Below are positions 13,070-24,260 of a stretch of DNA of 60,000 nucleotides, one piece after another. Each line of letters starts with the position of its first letter. Positions within the stretch are counted from its first letter, which is position 1. The translations under genes and the position numbers were made by a program. The DNA is from Lama glama (taxonomy: Eukaryota). The notes beneath the pieces were generated by a model, which ran no database searches, had not been told where the DNA came from, and saw only the letters and a list, made by a program, of their open reading frames with translations. The DNA lies in NCBI GenBank assembly GCA_028534125.1, contig CM052818.1:42472001-42532000 (forward strand), in the 5' to 3' direction.

Positions 13070-13200
13070 GTTTGCTTATTCATTTAACCTAAAAACATTT
13101 ATTGAGCAGCTTCTCTGTGCCAGGCACCTCAGTGACACAGTGGAATGTAAGACGTGGTCCTTCTTCCCCGCAAATTTACAATATAATAGTGGGGTAAGAT
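13070..13200 (-). mobile_element. L2 LINE 3' end
   Basis: ATTCATTTAA..AAACATTTATTGAGCAGCTTCTCTGTGCCAGGCAC. Confidence 0.75.
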
Positions 13201-13319
13201 AGAGGATTATTACACAAAGTCAAGACATTTAGGAAAAACCTACGATAGTGGGAGGCAAAGAGTATGTATGATTCAAATGCTAATCTCACCCAGAAACAAA
13301 CTTTTGAATGAATAGAATA

Positions 13320-13445
13320 AAAATTCTTAAACTTTAATATGTGTAAGAATCACCCAGCAGAGAATCAGTAGGCTTGGGAATATGGATCTGAAGGTGTTCT
13401 CCAGGTGATGATGATGATGTTGAATACAGACCTCACTTTTAGGGT
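13320..13445. mobile_element. MER5-like hAT MITE remnant
   Basis: TTCTTAAACTTTAATATGTGTAAGAATCACC...CTCCAGGTGATG...AGACCTCACTTT. Confidence 0.55.
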
Positions 13446-13484
13446 GAGGCATCAGTAAAGTTTTTCAGAAAGAAGGTTGACATG

Positions 13485-13923
13485 TGTGTTACTCAGGGTT
13501 CTCCAGAGAAACATATATATAATGAGGTATTGGCTCATGAAATTACAGAGGCTTAGAAGTCCCACCATTTACCATCAGCTACTGGAGACCCAGGGAAGCC
13601 AATTGTATAGTTCTAGTCCAAAGGCTAGAGCCAGGAGATCCGATGGTGTAAATCCAGTCCAAGGGCAGGAGGAGACCCATGTCCCAGCTCAAGCAGATGG
13701 ACAGGAAGGGAATGAATGCTCTCTTCCTCCTATTTTTGTTCTATTCAGACCCTCAGTGATTTGGATGGTGCCCCCTACATTGGGGAAGGTGATCTACTTT
13801 ATTGCATCCATTGATTCAAATGCTAATCTCATGTAGAAACATCCTCACAGATACGCCCAGAGAGAAGGTTTAGTCTGGGTGTGCTGTGGTGTAGTCAAGT
13901 TGACACATAAAATAACCTTCACG
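13485..13923 (-). mobile_element. ERVL solo LTR (MLT2 family)
   Basis: TGTGTTACTCAGGGTTCTCCAGAGAAACA ... GTCAAGTTGACACATAAAATAACCTTCAC, the diagnostic MLT2 ends. Confidence 0.9.
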
Positions 13924-15644
13924 ATGTGTGAGAGGGGCCTGGAGGACTAAAGGTTCAGAAGGAAGCTGAAAACCAGAGCTGTGTAGGGAGCAGTCACATG
14001 TGAGACTGATCTGCTTCCTTCTCCTTCACGGTCAGGGAGATTCTGTTGGCTGGTTGGGTGGTGGGGGCAAGCCGTTCCTCCCTCCCTCCTATCCTTTCTC
14101 CTTCCCTGCCTTTCTCTCCCCCTCCCCTCCCTTCTCAGTGCTCCACATACAACTCTCCAAAAGCTGTTAGTGCTGACAAATAAGACCCTTCCCCAATGAC
14201 CTGACTGATTTTTTGGTTCAAGGTCCATGGTTCTCTGGCTCGAGCAGAGCGCTGGATAAAGGTAGATGCACGGAAGACCCTTGGAGCTGGTCATGGCATT
14301 ATTCGTCCGCTCTTTCCAAGCATTCCCAATTAGTCTGATGTGAAGACAGGTGTTAGTCATGGATGGGGTTGGGGAGGGAGCAGAGAGCTGTCCTTGGGTG
14401 GTTACAACCCATCATCAAGCCAGCTTCTTCTTGGATGTCGGAAAGAGCTTGTGTAAGAGCAGTGGAAGGTCATTTCAAGTCCCGTGACTTCACGATGGAC
14501 TCACAGATCCTCTCTCTCTTCGTCAAACAGCTGAGAGCCTATATTCTAGATGCAATAGCATTGCAAGTCCGAACTAGAGGTCTGCCCTATAGGAACTTGC
14601 TATTAGGTAGGGGGATTTAGATAAGAGCAGAAATAAATGTATTATTCAGGTAGGAATTACCCAGCATGGCCCAGCACCTGAGCCTTCTTGAATATTGTTA
14701 AATGAATATGTTTATGAACACAGCCTGACTCCCCCCTCATCCCTCAAGCACTGAGTAATAGGGATGGGAACACTCTGGGTGGGTGGAGAGTGCCCCCTGC
14801 TCACAGATGCTGGCCTGATCTACTTCCTGGACCAGCTTCTCCCACTTCACCCCCTTCCTGTAGTCGTCCCAGCCACTCGCCTCACCACTTGCTCTCCCAT
14901 CTCCCCCACACTTGGTGCTCACTATTGCCTTCTTGGTTTCGAACTGGAGTCTTCTGTCATGATGCTGCGTTTTGACTGCATGGCATCTTGGGTAGCAGCC
15001 CTCATGACACCGAGGGCCCTCCCCTCTCAGAATTGCCCTGACATGCACTGCTGACTCAGGTAGTTGGAAAGAAGTAGAGCCCACGTCTGATCCAGGGCTT
15101 AGGGAGGCGCTGTGGGAGGGACGCTTGAACTGGGTTTTGAAGGGCAGGTCACCTCACGTCATTAAGAACACAAGAAATGGCCAGTGAAGCTGTGCAGAGG
15201 TGTCCCCTCCCCTGATGGTCTCCACCCTCAGAAATGGATCGTACAGTCAGCACCCCTCGGATCAGTCACTGAAGAGTGAGGTTCACTCTCCTGTACCCCA
15301 GTTCTACTTCCACCCTCTCTCATCTTGCAGGAAAATGAGTTTCTACAGGATCCCACGTGCTATAAAAAGGACAGCATCCTCTCCTTTGCTCTAAGCCCAC
15401 TCCCATCTGATTCTGAAGGAATATTAAGATTGGATAAAGAATTTTGTGTTTCTCCGTCCGTGATTTAGTGCAGTCATGACTGAGGTGCCACTCTTGCTTT
15501 AAGGCTCAGCTCAAGATCACTCCGTCAGTAAAGCCACACCTGCCCCTGTCCCATCCCACATTCGGATGGGATGAAAAATCCTAACTTTTTTCCTATAGAT
15601 ATATTTATCTGTAATTTATATATGTATTATTATGCCACATACTT

Positions 15645-15797
15645 TTTAAAAATTTTATCTTTTATTTATTTATTTGTTTTTGTTAGGAGGGAGAGGTAAT
15701 TAGGTTTGTTTGTTTATTTAGTGGAGGTACTGGGGATTGAACCCAGGACTTCGTGCCTGCTAGGCATGCACTGTACCACTGAGCTATACCCTTCCCC
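15645..15797 (-). mobile_element. tRNA-Ala-derived SINE (Vic-1-like, camelid)
   Basis: Reverse complement reads GGGGAAGGGTATAGCTCAGTGGTACAGTGCATGCCTAGCAGGCACGAAGTCCTGGGTTCAATCCCCAGTACCTCCAC..AAACCTAATTACCTC plus A-rich tail; A and B boxes present. Confidence 0.9.
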
Positions 15798-16019
15798 ATA
15801 TATACATATTATTAATTTTTATATACTTATAAATATGCTACTGTACTATGATTTATTTGTATTGTTATATATAAATATAAATATGTTATTATGTAACATA
15901 CACAAAAATAAAAAATTGTCAGGTTTGAGATCAGTACGACACAGATAATATTCTAAATTGTATTACAAAGTCCTTGTTTTGCTGCTAGTAGAATTGGTTG
16001 TAATATTTTAAAGTGAGTA

Positions 16020-17769
16020 TTAAGATCGAGTATGCTTCATTAGTTTTGAAATTTTCACACTAGATGATACAGCAAGGTATTGAAGTTTTAAGCTCAGTTA
16101 AAAAAAATAATCTTAATGGCTGTCAGAGGTGAAAAGGATTCCTCACAAAGAAATGTGCATCCAAATGGAAGAAGGCATGGGCGGCTGTGTTTACTAAATT
16201 ATGATTCTCATTTTTCAATGCCATCCACCAATTACACAAAGGTTTTTGTTGAAATTGGGCTAGTAAATTTCTGTCTCCCGGATGTCAGGCAGTAATTCTT
16301 GCAAACAAATTGGAAGATATTTCATTTTTGTATTTTTAAACAAGTGGGTCCAAAACCCATTGAAACTTCATTTGGAAGATTTTAAGCAGGCTAGAGACTT
16401 CTGGTTGAGTGTGCCTCTGTGAATCTTATTATAGCTGATAACCAAGCTATTGGTAAGAAATCACAGTGATGGAAATGCTTTTGAAAATGCTCTTCTCCAC
16501 CCGAATTTCTTTGGAAAAGTGGTTACTTCATCACTCGCTCTTGACCTTAAAGGGTCAAATTAAATCTGATTAAAAAAAAAATCTACCTGTGGCAGCTGCT
16601 GAGAGCCACTTACCACCATCACTAAATTTGATACCCTGTCCCTTTGTAAAGAAGAACTGCATAGCCCAGCTTCTAGTTCATTCAGTACCTATTTCAAGTA
16701 TGTTGTGTCTTCTAAAAGAAGGTCATGGTCACGCCTTACATTATTATGAAGTTTTGTGAAAATTCTACTATACAAATATCCTTTTCTCCTTAAATATAAT
16801 TATACCAATGATATTCTGTGACACTATGTGCACCTCTATCTTATATTTCTTTGCTGTGATACCATGAATGATGCTGGGAATGCATTTTGTGTATGACACT
16901 ATCTCTGTAACCCCACTCTGGAATCTGTTTTCAATTTTAGTGGTTGTGTTTCTACAGTGTTTCTGTAAAACACAGTTACTGTTTCAAATTTAATTGTTGA
17001 GATTATATCTTCTTCAATAACTTTCCTTTTATGCTTTATATAAAGTAGTTCTTCATGTGTCGCTACATCAGGGCCCCCAGAATGTGCCCTGCCCAATGTC
17101 AGAGGCAAGCACCACATAGACTGCAATGTGTGTGATGCCTTCTGGAGTGTACAGTGCACAACCTGGGCAACTGTATGAGGCATTGGAATTAAACACTTCC
17201 AATCCAAATCCATAAAATGGGACATGTTAGACACATCTGCACTTTAATTCAACTGCCTGGCAAAACATTGATACCACATAAATAATCATTTACCCCAAAT
17301 TTTCCTACATAAATTCTTTTGCATGTCTTCCAAGTGTATTTCTGACAAAGAGTGCAATTTAATTTATCACCATATTGATATATTGTAGCTGTGTATGAGT
17401 TCAGCCATGTTACTGTGCCAGGAAGAATGAGAAATTCTTAAAAATCCTATAGTCTGGGTGCTTTGCGCTTTCGAAGCCAAACCTGTGTATGTTTATGGAA
17501 TGTGGGTTATCTTTTAGTGGCTATAAATTCAAATTTCAAATAGAACCCTTGTAATTTAATTGTTGGGGGAGAGGTGGGGGTTTACTTCCCCTGTGATTTG
17601 ATTAGAGTATCATCATTGTAGAATAGCATCATACCATCTTGCAGTGTGGATGAAAAAAATTCATACTCAGAAGTAGCAGCGTCTCCTTATCTTGTCTGCT
17701 TGTACCTGCGTTACAATTGTCTTCACCTAGATGTTTCTTTGCAGAAATTTTTGTAAACCATTTGTCCAT
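16020..17769 (-). pseudogene. hAT (Charlie/Buster-type) transposase relic with stops and frameshifts
   Basis: MDKWFTKISAKK from ATG at 17769; QLN*SADVSNMSHFM (~17255-17213, LDESTD motif); HEELL..EDIISTI; CIPSIIH; NLLAQFQQKPLCNWWMALKNE; LLPFGCTFLCEESFSPLTAIK (16174-16112). Confidence 0.85.
17069..17187. mobile_element. MER91-like palindromic MITE (hAT-Tip100)
   Basis: CAGGGCC...CACATAGACTGCAATGTG..TGCCTTCTGGAGTGTACAGTGCACAACCTGGGCAACTGTA matches the MER91 pattern; it splits the transposase reading. Confidence 0.7.
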
Positions 17770-18169
17770 TTTCAAATCAACACCAGATAGTGTAATCTGT
17801 GACTTAACTGGGTACACACAAGTACAACAGATGGCCAAATAATTTAGGGTACAAGGAAAGTAGCAATGAAACATGGACACCATGGTCAAGCCATCTCGTT
17901 GGGAAATTCTCAGTTTTCCAACAGGATTCCATGTGTCCTAGACACGTGGCCATATGACAGATGGATTGGAGAGGGTGCCAGGGTCATTCTGAGTATTGAG
18001 TTAGCACAGTGCAAATTCTTATCTTTTAAGGTAAATAAATAAATACAGAAATTTTATATTTTCCTCTATCAGCATCCCAGGATGGCTATATCCCATCTCA
18101 GAAATCACTGAGGTTAAATAACTTCTTCCTCTGTGGTCCCACTTACACCTATACTTGGAAAAAAGAAAG

Positions 18170-18440
18170 TTATTATTATTTTTTGTTTTAGTAAAGTTAC
18201 GTGTGTCCAGTGTAAAATAGTTGGAAACTAGAGAAAAGTACAAAAATAAAAATAAGCTATGATATTACCCCCTCAGAAGTGATCACCAAAAATTGTGGTA
18301 TATATCCCTCCAAGCTTTTCTTGGGTATTTAAAAAATATAGTTAGTGTTATCCTGTTTATACAATATTATATCTCAGATTTTCACTTATCAAGTTCCTCT
18401 GTTTTTAGCAACTCTCTGTAAATATTTTGGTAATAAGTGG
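18170..18440 (-). mobile_element. L1ME-type 3' end fragment
   Basis: TGTAAAATAGTTGGAAACTAGAGAAAAGTACAAAAA..CCCTCAGAAGTGATCACC. Confidence 0.55.
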
Positions 18441-18464
18441 TAAATCTTTTGTAGGGGTTTTGCT

Positions 18465-18693
18465 AGTGATGGAAACTAACATGGGCTTTGGGGCCAGCTT
18501 GTCCTGAGTATGGGTCCTGGTTCTTCCCACTAACCAGCTGGGTGTCACTGAGTGAGTGACCCAGCCTCTCTGAGCCCCAGCTCACTTTTTTTTATGAAGT
18601 AAGAAAAATAATACTTAACATTAAGAGATTAAGAGATAATAGATGTAAGACGCTTGATACAGGGTAGGTGTCCAATAGATGGTTATTACTATT
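18465..18693 (+). mobile_element. MIR SINE
   Basis: ATGGGCTTTGGGGCCAG..CCACTAACCAGCTGGGTG..CCTCTCTGAGCCCCAG..GATTAAGAGATAATAGATGTAA. Confidence 0.8.
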
Positions 18694-18696
18694 TAG

Positions 18697-18902
18697 CAGA
18701 GGTTGGTCCAATCTAGCCTGCCACCCGGTTTTGTCAATAAAGTTTTATTAGAAGACAGCCTCACTCATTCCTTTATGTATTGTTGACGGCTGCTTTTGCT
18801 CTATAAAAACAGTTATGTAGTTGTGACAGAGATCCTGTGGTCCACAGAGACGAAAATATTTACTGTTTTATACATTTTATAGAAAAAGTTTGCCAATCCC
18901 TG
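18697..18902 (+). mobile_element. MER58A hAT-Charlie MITE
   Basis: CAGAGGTTGG...AATAAAGTTTTATTAGAA...AAAAAGTTTGCCAATCCCTG; imperfect 8-bp TSD CTATTTAG/TTATATAG. Confidence 0.9.
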
Positions 18903-18970
18903 TTATATAGTATTGTCACCATTTATTCTTCATAACTCTATAAACTTGAACAGAGCTTCCTCTCGGCCTC

Positions 18971-19415
18971 TGTTATGGCCCAGACCCCCACCCATCCCTC
19001 TGGGGCCTGACCAGTGTCCTACATGCAAGGCCCTCTCTGATTTCCCTGTCCAGCAGCCACCCCTTAGATGTGTTTGCTAGAGAATTTACAAGACCCTCCC
19101 CAGCAGCTCTCAACCAGGGATGGACAGGAGGTGCCATATAAATACCCCAGCTACTTAAAAAGAGTATGAAAAATATGTATGTATATATATGACTGAAACA
19201 TGATGCTGTACACCAGAAACTGACACAATGTTGTAAACTGACTATACTTCAATTAAAAAAAAAATACCCCAGCTGCAACCCCATCTCAGGTGGGCTAACT
19301 CTGTCCTTGCCCCAGGGGATGAAACTTTAACAGTTCAGTTTGGGGACTTGCTTCCTCCTCTTCCCTGTCTCCCCCGTGGTGTTTGCTGGGATCACCTCCC
19401 AGTAAATTCCTTGCT
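18971..19415 (+). mobile_element. ERVL LTR (LTR16-like), interrupted by a short L1 tail
   Basis: CAGCAGCTCTCAACCA..ATAAATACCCCAGCT..GGTGGGCTAACTCTG..TGGGATCACCTCCCAGTAAA. Confidence 0.65.
19153..19261 (+). mobile_element. Short 5'-truncated lineage-specific L1 3' end
   Basis: GCTGTACACCAGAAACTGACACAATGTTGTAAACTGACTATACTTCAATT(A)n flanked by perfect TSD AAATACCCCAGCT (19140-19152, 19262-19274). Confidence 0.9.
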
Positions 19416-21025
19416 TCCTTCACCAGCCCTCCCATCCCTCTCAATGAAGATAACTTCCTTGGTTTCCACTGAGTTGGGATGGTAGTCAACAGATAAGAGC
19501 AGGTCGGGAGCATGTTTTTATCGTGGGTGAAGTGACTGATCACCTACAAGAAACAGGATGGACTGCTTAGGGGACAAACCCTCAGATTGACTCACTGCCT
19601 CTTCTCTGCACCTTCCCCACTCTGTTGACTGCTCTGAGTGTCACAGGTACCTGGTGATGTGGCATCTTTTTGTCTGTGGGTGGCAGACAATCCTTCACCT
19701 GGGACACTGGGGATTGTATGGGGCTGGAGGATGCATGAAGCACCATGAGGATGTTAGGAGGAAAGGCTTATGTAACGAAGGACTGTTTCTGAACATCTGG
19801 CAATGCCAAAAATCGTGCTGTTTTCTCATTTTTTATTTATTTTGCAGACAGCTTTTCTGCAGTCTCCAGAATAACTTCCATGAGAGCCAGTAGTGGTGGC
19901 ATCATGAGTCCAAGAAGCTGGGTCTGAGTGCCAGCTGTGGCCTTGACTTACAGTTAGGAAAGGCTGTTAATTACTTAATTTGTCTTTGTCTCTATTTGAC
20001 CAGCTGGTAAATGGGGGTGCAGTAGTGCATTGCATCTCATTTTAAAGAGCCAGTTGACCTTGAAAAAGCAAAGTCACGAACGTGGGGCTTGGAAAACTTT
20101 TGGATTAAGGGCAATTGTTCAGGCTTGTGTGTCTGAGCTGACTGTGTTTTTTTAAACAAAGTCTCTCAGGGAAGGTGGGGTTGACAGAACCCATCGATCT
20201 AAAGAATAGGCCAAGAGCTCTGTGTCTTGATAGGCCACTTACTCCTGGCCTGGTGCCTCAAGCCAGATCTGAGATGCCTCCAGAGGGAGGTACGTGTGGG
20301 GCTCCCCATGTGCAGGGCCAAGGTAGCTTCGGGGCCAGGGAAGCCTGGGCAGTCATTCCCTGCTTTTCCTCCAGGAAGCGCAGGGAATGTGCACAGCCTC
20401 CTGCAGCATCTCCAAGACATCATCAGACACTGTGCTCTTCCTGCCCTCTGATGGGGGTGGGGCTGGAGAGCAGCAGTCAGATGAGAAGCCGCCGCATGGT
20501 GATGTCAGCTGTCAGGGGGGTAAGAGTAGTTTCAATGCCCAGAGTGAAGGTCCTCCTCACCCCATGCCTCTTGGTGGAGGGGGATGGCGGTGGGAGAGAG
20601 GACTGGATAAGGGAGGGGACAGGGCTGTGACTCCTTTGAGCCTGTTCGTGGACATCTGGGGAAGCAGGTGGGAAGAGACTGCATGCCTGGTTCCCAGTCA
20701 GACTCGAATCAGGAGATGGCAGCTTGAAAAAGTAAACTTTAAAATACACTCATTATTGAAAATGATGAACCTGTGGAAAAGTGAAAAGAAGAAAAAGAAA
20801 ATCATTCTATTCCCAAACCAAAGATGACTATAAACGTTTTAACATTGTCTTTGTGGTCTTTAAGAAAAAAAATCCCACTTTGAAAACATAATTGAAGTAA
20901 TATCGAGGACAGTTTTGCATTTTGCTATGTTTTTCATATTATAGCATAAACGTTTTTTCACGACACTAAAACCTTTTGTGAAACCACTTTAATAGCTTCA
21001 TAATATCCTGATGAAATGGAAGTAC

Positions 21026-21425
21026 TGTGTGTCAGTCAGGGTCCAGCGGAAAATAGAAACACTGTTAAGTATTTTAATAGAAAGAACTTCCAGCAGGGAA
21101 CTGGTTATACACAGTGAAGGAAGAATGGGGCGGACAGAGCCAAGCAGAGGATGGAGGGGGCAACCCAGAGATTAGCCACAGCAGAATCCACTTCCGGCCC
21201 AGGGCTGGACAGCCAAGGGGAAGGATGCTGGACCAGTATCTGGAAGCAGGGGCTGCGGGGCAGAAGCCAGAGCAGTTGTAGAAATGCCACGTAGGTGTTA
21301 AGACTGCAGAGGAGAGGCAGTGACATCCAAAGATGCTGCAAAAAGCAGAGAGGCAGGGAAGATACCCAAGGTCCTCCCTCCTCCCACCTTCCACCTTGCA
21401 CTAGGGTCTCTCACTGGCTAAATCC
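21026..21425 (-). mobile_element. Ancient LTR (LTR78/LTR79-like)
   Basis: TGTGTGTCAGTCAGGGTCCAG..GAAAATAGAAAC..GGGAACTGGTTA...TCTCACTGGCTAAATCC. Confidence 0.55.
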
Positions 21426-21429
21426 GACA

Positions 21430-21900
21430 GTGACCCCTTCCTTGCTCTAGACCTTCAGTGGGTCCCCATCACCTACAGGTAAGAAGTAAACTCCTTGCTC
21501 TGCTAGAACAGGCCTTTCCCAGGCTGACTGTAGCTTAAATATCCATCCTGGCATCTCCTGTCTTCTGCCCCCTATTCCCCATGAAAAATCCCACCTCTAG
21601 GCCCACCAGACTTTTATTGTTTCCTTCAATGACTCTGTGCCTCCGTACATGCTGTTCCTGCATCTTAGAACACCCTTCTTATCCTTGTCTGCTTGATGAG
21701 ATCCATTCATCCTTCTAGACTCAGCTCAACCGTCCCTTTGTGGAGCCCTCCTTCACCCCTTCCCTGGGGCATTCTTGAGGGTATGTGCCTATCTGTCCCC
21801 CACCGGACTGTGTGCCCCTTCGCGGTGGGGGCCCCATGGAGTTGCGTTTTGCAGCTTAACCACTGTGTGTGCCTGGGCCAGAGCGAGTGCTTAGGAGAGC
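21430..21900 (+). mobile_element. L2 LINE fragment
   Basis: ACCTTCAGTGGGTCCCCATCACC..CATGCTGTTCCT..CATCCTTCTAGACTCAGCTCAA. Confidence 0.6.
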
Positions 21901-23380
21901 AGAGCTGAACGTTTGAAAATGCCATTTTCCTAGACCTATAGCTGTTGACCTGGAGGGCTGTTAAGGGAGAAAGACAAATTGCAGAGTAATGCGTATGAAA
22001 TGCCCCTATTTTAATAAAAACAATGATACCGCCTATATGTGTTTTATGAGCATGGAGGGAAGTGTGGAAAGATACACGCCAGGCTGTCTCTGTTGGTTCC
22101 CTTATGAGGGGTGAGCTCCAACGTGTGAAGGGAGATTATTTTTTACTGTGCATTTCAGTTATTCTTTGAAAATTAGGGGGCACTCACGTTACTTTTATTT
22201 TGAGAAGGAATTTGAAAAGTTAGATAATATGAAAAGGAAGTGATGAAATTTCTTAGAATTTGGCTGGGTCCACAACGCCTCATTTCCCTCTTTCTGGAAG
22301 CTTCCTGGAACCTGGAGTCTGTGATGGGAGTCCCTCGGTCTCAGCTCCACCCCCCCACGTAGAGGAGGTCCATCCTGGAGGAGAACACAGCAAGGGGGGG
22401 GCAGACGGGGCCACCATGGGGTTCAGCCCTATGAAGGAAACTTGGCACCGTCTTTGGGCCCATAGGTCCCCAAATGCTAAGCTCAAAAAATTCAGCCCTT
22501 GACAGCGAGGTTGAACTTCAAGTGAGAGACTTGGCTTAGCTTCCATGATAAACATCCTGAGCCAGGCAGGCTCTTAATAAGAAAATTGATTCAGCCCCAG
22601 GCTTAATCCCTCGGGTGCATTTTTTTTTTTCCAAGACAGCAAGTTCAGGGCTGTGCGATATCTGATTTAGATGTTTTGAAAATATATTCTTTGACAAGGC
22701 TTAATTAAAGTGCCTTGCACCTATATGGGAACATTTTACAATTTCCATAACAAACACTGTTATTACCAGGAGCAATGTATTTTTTTTTGTTCTATTGATG
22801 TCTTTTATGGTGATGTCATAAAAAGGAGATTATGACTTCTCATTATGAGGCAGATGGAGGAGAAGACGCATTTTGATTACCACAGAGGGGAGTGTGTTCT
22901 TTCCAAACAGTTACCTTAATAGCCGGAGAGGGCTGGCCGGGACGTGAATGGGAGGTCCGGGCAAATGACTTTTTTATGGGCCTTGCTTTATAGCAGCTTC
23001 CTTTTGTATGTTTTTAAGCCGAGATCCATCAGATGTGAAGCTGATTTTTCAGTTTGGCTAGAAACGAAGGTTCCACAGACTGTATCTGTTCTGAAGCCAT
23101 TATTAAAAGTGAACCAAATTCACTTTCTGCCTCTCTTAATTTAGTAGCAAGAAACTGGCTTACTTTAAAAATCCATTATGATTAAATAACACTTTACATT
23201 TATAGAGTGTTGTGAGAATCATCCTTTTTGTTTTAAAATATATTTTGCATTATAAGAGTAGCACATTTTCATTATAATAAATTGGGAAAACTGTCTTTCT
23301 CTATATTAAAAAAAATAGCCAGGTTTGACTACTCATGATGGATATGTTCACCTCATGGATATGTTGTAAACATCATTTTA

Positions 23381-24260
23381 TTTTTTTTTCCAGCTTTATG
23401 GGGGTATAACTGACAAAAATATATATATATATATTTAAGGTATATACACCGTGATGTTTTGAGATATGTAACACTGTGAAATGATGACTACAGTCAAGTT
23501 ATTCACATTTCCATGACCTCCCAGTCATCATTCGTGCGTGTGTATGCACACGGGTTTGTTACACCAAGGAGGGGAGACTTCTTGGTCCTTGTCTTGCCAG
23601 AAAGAATTCAGTCAGGAGACTAAAGCGTTGTGTAAAAAGCAAAGTACGCCTTGGAGAACTGAAGGCGGGCCAACCCCAAAGAGGATGATGGCCACGCCCC
23701 TTCTTTCTTTCTCTGTCTTACATCCTGGCTTAGGAGCGTTCTCATGACTGACCGCTCATGCCTCTTTGGTGCCTGGGGATGCCCACCTCCTTTGCACATG
23801 TTCTTCCTCACACAGAAAAGCCCACGGTGGTGGTGGTGGGGCCCAAACTGCAATGCTGATTACGTTATAATGAGCACTGGGTTGTGTTAGGTCGGGTCCT
23901 TCTCTCCACCACATAGTTACAGCATCCGGTTCTCACTGGTTTCTTTGCTGGCACTCATTTAGAGAAAATAAAACTCTTTGAAGCCCCTTATCCTGCGCAC
24001 AGGTGTATGGATTATCTTCTGGATTGTTCCCTCCTCTTGCGTGGTGCCCACTCCTATCTAACTGCCTGACAGGGTGAGAATATTTGATTTAAGATCTATC
24101 GTTTTTGCAAATTTCAAGTATACAGGACAGTATTGTCCGCCGTGATCATCACCTGCTGTACGTTAGGTCCCTAACACTTACTCATCCTGCGTAACTGACC
24201 CTTTGTACCCTGCGATCCACACCTTCCAGTGCCCCCTCACTCCCACCCCCAGCCCCTGGT
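23381..24260 (-). mobile_element. L1 (L1MA/MB-type) 3' UTR, split by an LTR
   Basis: Poly-T then CAGCTTTATGGGGGTATAACTGACAAA..; resumes GGTGAGAATATTTGATTTAAGATCTA; flanks GTAAACATCATTTTA / GTAAACGCCATTTTA. Confidence 0.8.
23557..24071 (-). mobile_element. ERV1-class solo LTR
   Basis: TG...CA termini (TGTTAC...GCCTGACA), flanked by GGGT(T)/GGGT(G); internal GCAATGCTGATTACGTTATAATGAGC. Confidence 0.8.

Larger units (their letters stand above)
15570..17900 (-). mobile_element. Decayed autonomous hAT-Charlie DNA transposon (tentatively Charlie7-like)
   Basis: Collinear transposase motifs on the minus strand plus an AT-rich subterminal region; interrupted by a SINE and a MER91-like MITE; termini not resolved. 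Confidence 0.8.

Noticed and set aside
15722..15797. Possible tRNA-Ala gene
   Set aside because: It continues into a SINE-specific body and A-rich tail, and has stem mismatches; it is a SINE, not a tRNA gene
16020..17769. Possible domesticated transposase gene (ZBED5/Buster-like)
   Set aside because: Multiple stops and frameshifts, loss of the first catalytic Asp, and an inserted MITE; no intact reading frame
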